In this document: one piece after another, positions 57,345-64,000 of the stretch
How positions within the stretch are numbered: the first letter of the stretch is position 1
Layout: each line of letters opens with the position of its first letter
From: Fistulifera solaris
Lineage: Eukaryota
Length of the DNA stretch: 64,000 nt
Reading direction: 5' to 3'
NCBI GenBank assembly: GCA_030295235.1
Contig: AP026143.1
Location: 682,001-746,000 of the forward strand
Notes under the pieces: generated by a model
Databases searched by the model: none
Told to the model about the DNA's origin: nothing
What the model saw: only the letters and a program-made list of their open reading frames with translations
Position numbers and translations under genes: made by a program

Positions 57345-58355
57345 ATGACAAAGCAATCAACATCGGATGACACTCAAAAGAAAAGCGCTGCTGAAATCTG
57401 TGAAAAGATAGTCATTTTGCTGTGCGGTTTGCCTGGAGCAGGAAAGAGCACTCTGGCGAAACAGTTTATTGACGAACATTGTGCGCCTTTTTCTTCTATC
57501 GCTTTGATTGAATACGATGATCTACAAGATTCGCTAATTATAAAAGGAGAAGAGTCCGACGAACAGCATATGCTTCAAGCATGGAAGGCCAGCCGGACGT
57601 TGGCGCTGCAAACACTTTGCGAACGACTCAAAGATTCGACTACAAAACTCCTTTTTCTGGACGATAATTTCTACTTACAAAGTATGCGCAAACAAACCTA
57701 TCAACTATGTCAGAATTATGTCACTGCAAGCAACAACAACAACAATCAGCAGCGAGTCATTCATTTCGGCTTGATTTGGATGGATACTCCGGTCGATGTA
57801 TGCCTCGAACGCAATCAACAACGACCACATCCACGAAGAGTACCAGAAACAGTCATTTATAATATGCAACACAAATGGGAAGCACCAAGTGAGAAAGGGT
57901 TTGCTTGGGAAAAGTCAATTTTGAGACTGGATGGATCCGACTCTCGCTCGACGCATCTGCAACTCTTACAGCACTATCTCATGTCGCAGCAATTCGTTTG
58001 GGTGTTACCCCGCGAAGATCCGGCCTTGGAAGAAGCTCGTGTAGCTGTTGCACGACAAGAAACGCAAGCGTCCAGAGCCCATCAACTGGATCAATATCTA
58101 CGGTGTTGTGTACAAATCGTGGCGCAACATCAAAAGCAGTGTGCCGGACCGGCCAATCAATGTCGTAAGCGCTTACTTGCGGAACTGAAACAAAATCCAG
58201 ATTGGACGCTTCTTGATCTAGAACAGGCCTTTGTTGCCCAGATGAAACAACTGACGGTTTCATCGTCTGTGGATTGGGACGCTCTTCAGTCAAATCTGGC
58301 TAAAACACTTTGGGCGAAGCATATCGAGTTGAATAGACATAATAACTTGAAGTAA
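57345..58355 (+). CDS. PSTK: L-seryl-tRNA(Sec) kinase
   Basis: LLCGLPGAGKSTLA (Walker A), LIEYDD, WKASR, LFLDDNFYLQSMRKQ, CLERNQQR, and C-terminal HQLDQYLR. Confidence 0.78.
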   Translation: MTKQSTSDDTQKKSAAEICEKIVILLCGLPGAGKSTLAKQFIDEHCAPFSSIALIEYDDLQDSLIIKGEESDEQHMLQAWKASRTLALQTLCERLKDSTTKLLFLDDNFYLQSMRKQTYQLCQNYVTASNNNNNQQRVIHFGLIWMDTPVDVCLERNQQRPHPRRVPETVIYNMQHKWEAPSEKGFAWEKSILRLDGSDSRSTHLQLLQHYLMSQQFVWVLPREDPALEEARVAVARQETQASRAHQLDQYLRCCVQIVAQHQKQCAGPANQCRKRLLAELKQNPDWTLLDLEQAFVAQMKQLTVSSSVDWDALQSNLAKTLWAKHIELNRHNNLK

Positions 58356-58693
58356 GTGTCTTTTTCTGTTAATACAATGGGAAGATGTTTATCGTAGCAT
58401 TAGTATTAAACACTGGCAGCTTGGTTGTCGTTAGCTTCGTTGTTCGTTTCGTGACATTTCTGCGACTCTAAGTACTTGGTTACTTAGTATTTCGTCTCCG
58501 TTGAGCCCTAAATACGAAATATTAGCTTGCATGTTACTGCCCTAAGTGACCATCCAACGGATGTCACAACGGATGTCTCGCGTTCCACAGATATTATTTT
58601 TTGAACTTCTGAAAACGCTGAACGCTTCGTCCGTCACAAATTGAAATTTGAATCTTCCCTTCGAAACGATCCAAAGACCTGCAAGAAATAATC

Positions 58694-59386
58694 ATGATGC
58701 AACTAACCTTTTTCCGCGTTTGGTTCCTGAGCGGACTAGCCACAGTGCTTCTGCCGCTAGTGGTGTTTTCCGTGGCCCGCCTTGCGAATACACAAACGCA
58801 AGAGGAAATGCAGCAAGAAGCCTTGAACGCCGAGTATTACGGTCCGTGCAAATGGTATCAATTCCGTTGCAAGCGCAACAATGGTTGGTATTATCAAGCC
58901 GAACAACACAATGAAGCCGATCGACGAGAAGAGAATGGGGCTCCTTGGTGGTGGTTCGGAAGGGAACGCCGACCGGAAGATCGGGCCAATCCAGCGCTTA
59001 TTTTTACGTACTCCTGGAGTGTGCTAGTCTTTGCGTTCATTTTGCATTACGGGTACAATTCCATTCGAGACAAACAGGAACACATTGCCATCACAGCACT
59101 TGCTGTATTTGCCAATTTGAGCTTTATTCTTATGGTATTGCTGCAAGGGATGGAAGGCGTCGTCGAAGTGGATGGGCCGCAATTGGAAGAAAATGGGTTT
59201 TGTGGGCAAGTTGGAGTTCTCATGTTCCTCACTTACTTCTTTTGGGTGATCTTTTCTCTTGTGTTTATGTGGACCATCCGTAAGAAGAAAAGAGACGAAA
59301 GCACAACTCTGATTGAGGTAGAACCGTACGACTACCGTGCATCGAGCGACGATCCAGAAGACCAGCCACAGAAATCCATTGCTTAA
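58694..59386 (+). CDS. Hypothetical multi-pass membrane protein
   Basis: 230 aa ORF with about 4 hydrophobic helices and a PWWWF motif. Confidence 0.65.
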   Translation: MMQLTFFRVWFLSGLATVLLPLVVFSVARLANTQTQEEMQQEALNAEYYGPCKWYQFRCKRNNGWYYQAEQHNEADRREENGAPWWWFGRERRPEDRANPALIFTYSWSVLVFAFILHYGYNSIRDKQEHIAITALAVFANLSFILMVLLQGMEGVVEVDGPQLEENGFCGQVGVLMFLTYFFWVIFSLVFMWTIRKKKRDESTTLIEVEPYDYRASSDDPEDQPQKSIA

Positions 59387-59454
59387 TAAAAGCACGTACC
59401 AAAGGGTGCGATGTATTTTTCTTTTGTACATGTTATTATTTTGACTTATGAAAA

Positions 59455-62400
59455 CTATTCTATATCCTCCTTGTCACTTCTATCTTTGTCTCCCTCTTTA
59501 GCAGAGTTCAACGATCGGAACGAGAACCGTCTCCTGCGTTTCTCTCGAAAATTAGAACTGTTTTGATTAGTGCGTCTTTCCAAATCATCCTTCTGATCGA
59601 GACGTTGTTTCAACCAGGCCACTTCCTCGCGCAATTTTGCCACTTCTTCTAAAGAGGAATCTAAGGCTGGTTTCTTTCGCAACTCATCCGTCAGTTCCCT
59701 TAATTCTTTTCGTAATGCCGTAAAATCTTGCGATCCGCTTTGATTTAATTGCCTCTCCCGCATCATGGTTTGCTCGGCGCTAAAACTGATAAGCTGCTCC
59801 ATCAATGATTCCATACGACCCATACGATCAGATGGATTGACGGACGTAGATGTAGGACCGAATTCATACCGCTGGGTACTCGGCGACGTGGAGAAACGTT
59901 CGGCTGACACTGCGTCAACTACATCATCCGTCACATTTTTCTGTCCTCGATGGCTGGCATCAGACTCGATCGAACCGGAGCTAGTGGTTGCAGGAATCTC
60001 CTCATTCGCCGTCGCGAAAGATGCTCCGAACGATTGAAAACTCGTACATGAACCTTCTGAAACGCTAGAAAAGCGGTTATTGCGTCGACCTGGGTTAAGG
60101 TTCAAGGGTATCATAACAGAGTCGCTTAATTCCATCTGTTCGCTAGTGTCGCCTTCGGTTTGAATACTGATATAAGGAGCCAACTTACTCAACATCGTTT
60201 CGTCCTGATCATTGACTTTATCGAAAGTAGCTCGAGCTGACGAAAAAGATCCCTTTTGATCCGAATTCCTCACTCCTCTCTGATTCGGTACTATCAGAAA
60301 GGCTTTGTAAATCAACGTCTTCGTTATCTTTTCTCTCGAGCGAGATCGCCCAAGCTCTGGCGTGAATTAGCCATTTCGCGCCGCCTTCTTCCGCAGAAGC
60401 ACGGAGACATGTTAAGTCGTTCATGTTCTCTCTCTCTCTTGCGACGGCTTCCTGTTGTTCTGAAAGAGGCAAACTGGAACAGGTTTCAAATAAATCATCG
60501 CTGACCCAAGGAAGATTATTCAGCACTTTAGGTAGCTGGTGTTCGCCAGCATTAGATGTCAGAGAGTCAGGACTAAAGCGGTAAATTCCGAAGACAGTGT
60601 ACCCCTCCTGAGATTGCTGACCGTGAAGCCCGATATCTGGATCACGCATGATCGAGTCGAAATTGCCGAGAACGCAGCACAAAGCATTGTGTAGCCGACC
60701 AAGTTGTTTGCGAAATTGGTATTCTGCGAGAATAGAAAAACATTCTACGACTTGCCCTTCGGTGTCCATTTTCGTGTAATGGTCAAAATCATTGGCGGTG
60801 TCCGTACGATGTTCCTTGTTTTCGACATCATTCTCGCCATCGCTTTCGTCGTCAATATTATCGTCTTCCTGTCTTTCCAGGTCTATTTGCGATTCTGTCT
60901 CTAGCTCGCTGATTGCTATATTCTCATCGTCGATCGAAGAGGGTGGCCTTGCCCTTCTCCTTATTTTACTCTGAAACCTCATTAGGTCCGGAGAAGAAAA
61001 CACTTTCCGAGGGGCCCTTAGGCCGCCGTAAAGAGCTTGGTTGGGCTTCTGCGTTTTGACTTTGATTGTGAAGGCGACGCCACTATGACCATGGTCAACG
61101 ACTTCAGAGGAAATATCCGGTTTTTCGTCGAGGAGCAGTTCCCAGCATAGATGTGGAGTTGAGAGGTCAGATTGTCCTTTTCTTAGTTTCAACAAAAGGA
61201 TTCGGGCATTTGTTATTATGGCGTAAGTAGCATCACCATCAGAGTCGGGGAGGACTTCTACATGCACTACGAACTCACATGGAATCGGTACTGACCACCT
61301 TCGTTGTCTCAGGGGATATCTCTTGATTAAAGCATCGGCATGCGAAAATGATGACTCGTAATGAATTAAGATATCCATAAAACCAAAAGTGTACGAAAGC
61401 CTGACCCTCAAAGCGGGTTGGAAACGCTTTTCCAGAATATTTACACTCCGGGCTATGTCGTGAACCGAGACAGAGATATGAACTATGGCATCGAGGACGC
61501 CAACAATAGGACGAGCCACAACACCAGTCATTCCAACAGCAAGCCCTGTTATAAGACCTGGTAAGCCGCGTTTGCGTAGTCCATCAATTGGCTCAAAGAA
61601 AAAGTGAAAAATTGCTCCACCAAATCCTCCCAAAATATCCTGAATAGGCCTAAACAATGTAGAACCGACTTCGTTGACTCCCCGTTTTTCCACTGCCGTT
61701 GAATATTAGTCGCCTCAACTATAACGCTTTCGCGGTGCCAGTCGCTGAAGTTTCTATCAAGTGACAAGTTCGCAGCGAACTGCGACGCAGTTGCAGACAC
61801 TTTTGTGCAAAAAGCAAAGAATCCGCTAGTGCTGTGCGAGAAGAAAGAGAGCGTTCCTTTAGCCACACCGACTCCAACACTAGAGGGGTCTGTTGGGGAT
61901 TGAAGAAATGCGGACGACGGTGCCAAAAACAAATCTTTGAATCCAGCAATGACAGAAGAAATCAACATGGTTGGGTTCCCTACGAAGTCTAGAGATCCGA
62001 TGATCTTGTAAATTTGCTTCATGGTCTCCTCATGGTAAAACTTCCGAATATTGCTGAGCATTTGCGATGGACTTTCAAAAAGGTGATAACTGGTTTTTTC
62101 TTGCAATCGAATGGGGGCGTCAGAAACATTTGGAAAAAGCGACGCTAGTAGTTTCGGTAAATTTTGGAGGCCTTTGTCTACGCGAAAAGGTGAGATAAAG
62201 CGGGAGCGTGGAAAAGACAAATTCTCCCTTACCTTGCTCAAATCTGTCTTCGCTGGATGTTTTGTGACTCCACTTCAGGAGCATATCGGATTTACCATGG
62301 TGGGCATTCTGATGAAATGCATCCTCGAAGTGTTTGTACAAGAATTCAGCAGGTCTTCGCGTTAGCTCCCACGTGTTACGTCTTCCTTTCACGTACGACA

Positions 62401-64000
62401 AATTGAACTTTATAGCACTTAACGAGAACACTTGGACGTATACTCTTTGCGATTCTTGAGACATATTAAACCCATTTCTCAACAACCAAAGAAGAGGAGG
62501 CTCGTTGATTTGATTACCGAAGGTGTCGCCAACATTCTCAACAATAGTTTCGAATGTATTTTTCGCTTGCAATGCATTGCGCAACTTCAGAGAGTAAAAT
62601 AAAATAAACAAATCGCAAACAAGCTGTTCTTCGATAGTCACATCGAATTCTGCTATAGACACGTCAATAAGTTCGAACGAAACGACTTCGACAGAGCGCA
62701 AATTGTCTTTCACCGCGAAAATCTGCGCTACCGGTCGGAAAAAAATCATTAGGTGTCGGTGCCAAGGCGATCGCTTCTCGTGCGTTGGCTGCCTGGTTAT
62801 CGATCTGCGCCCAGAACGCAGACAAACACAGGCGGCTTTTTGCAGCAGTGATCCAATATCTTGCATCGATATCCATGATGCTGAATGATAGTAATTCCAG
62901 GGACCTCTCAGAGTCAATAAGGGCAACTGATAGGCGTGGTATGTCAACTTTCATAAAGAAACTGACCGGCGATGCGCCAGTACACATGATCCTTTGTTTT
63001 GGCGTTAAGTACTTTGCACCATTTTCGTCTTCTGTCCAACAAAAGGCTAACTGAATACGTGGCCTGTAAATATCTCCGAATTTAGTCTCATCGGCCTGCT
63101 CAACTTCGGGGGGTTGTGGAATTATACCACCTCTTCCTTCGACAGGTGTGGCTTCTTCTGGGCTTAAAAGAGGAAACCAACGTTCATACACCGGCGAACC
63201 ATTTGCGCTTTCCTCTACGCAGGCTGCCACTAACTTAGCAACCGATAAGAAGACGACACCAAGTTCGGCTTTCCCCTGCAATTGTTGTTGTCTTCTTTCT
63301 CCCATAACGCTGAGTCGGATCCACCCATTATTTTCTTGAGGGTCCACGCGAATTCGGACATCGTTAACATTGTTCCTCGCTGGATTCTCGGACGTCTTTC
63401 TCGTAAAAGACTGCTCAGAGTCAAAATCGTTGAAAGGATTAAACCACACAGGGGCAACTCGTGCGTCAACTGTGTTGGTATAAGAAATTTCTTGTCCCCA
63501 GCACACTTTGACAAGCATGCCAGCGTATAACGCACTAGTTAAGTTGGATGCCTGGATCGGTCGAATCGTTAAGAAACCTCCTTCATTCAGAATTGTGGAA
63601 TACGTTCTTCTGGTAGCAATCTCAAAGCTCTCCCTTGATTTCCGAAACCCCGCGGCTCGTTTTTCAAGATTATACATGAGCTGAGTTGGTAAGCAGTGAC
63701 GCGGACTCAGACTCTTTGAGACAGGGTCGATAGCAGCTATCGCACTTGTCGCTGGTAAAGTAGAAGGATTGAGACGCACGCTGAGGTTCGAACCATCGAA
63801 AGTAAAAGTAAGACCATCATCATTGAAAGATGTTGTGCCATGGTCCAAGATCTTATTGAAGACAGCTTTATTTTCGTTCCTTCCAGATTGCCGCGACATA
63901 AAGTATCTCGATCTGTTCTGCTTTTGCTGTGTTGCGCTTTGAATTCCTGTCGTTGGTCTTTAATTCTATTTTCAACATCGTGTGTCAAGAGTGGCATTGT
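59455..64000 (-). CDS. VPS13: VPS13-family bridge-like lipid transfer protein, C-terminal part (5' end outside the window); multiple frameshifts
   Basis: QIDNQ, QIYKIIGSLDFVGNP, GVGVAKGTLSFFSH, FEPIDGLRKRGLPGLITGLAVGMTGVVARPIVGVLD (ATG2_C-like), then a PH-like region. Split over 5-6 consecutive overlapping ORFs. Confidence 0.88.

Noticed and set aside
59455..63997. Several separate genes or programmed frameshifting in VPS13
   Set aside because: The ORFs are collinear pieces of one VPS13 protein, and similar breaks occur throughout the window.

Overview
A compact eukaryotic nuclear region, most likely from a pennate diatom. This is inferred from the short GT-AG introns, bipartite plastid-targeting peptides such as ASA-F in RpiA, and diatom-type hypothetical families. 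It holds about 27 protein-coding genes or gene remnants, mostly housekeeping: DEX1-like, CWF19L2, QDPR, ALG5-like, a class-III aminotransferase, plastid RpiA, cyclophilin, membrin, RecQ, RPB4, PSTK and VPS13. Many conserved ORFs carry single-base frameshifts, mostly in homopolymers, which probably reflect assembly error. The most interesting signals are: (1) a spliced DUF1244-MogA/Cnx1G fusion, a possible clue linking DUF1244 to molybdenum cofactor synthesis; (2) an RNase HII-methyltransferase fusion with an internal targeting-like segment; (3) a stand-alone OvoA C-terminal-type methyltransferase; (4) three families of about 205-250 bp tandem repeats sitting upstream of genes, one abutting Helitron-like 3' ends and one built as a 4 x 52 bp higher-order repeat with palindromic cores; (5) a non-autonomous Helitron, a P-like MITE and apparent mariner-type excision footprints; (6) a GC-rich island with many plus-strand hairpins; (7) a vWA-zinc finger-alpha kinase; and (8) a tandem CobW/COG0523 pair, one copy decaying, with clustered promoter motifs. 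All family assignments come from motif recognition by eye; no database searches were run.
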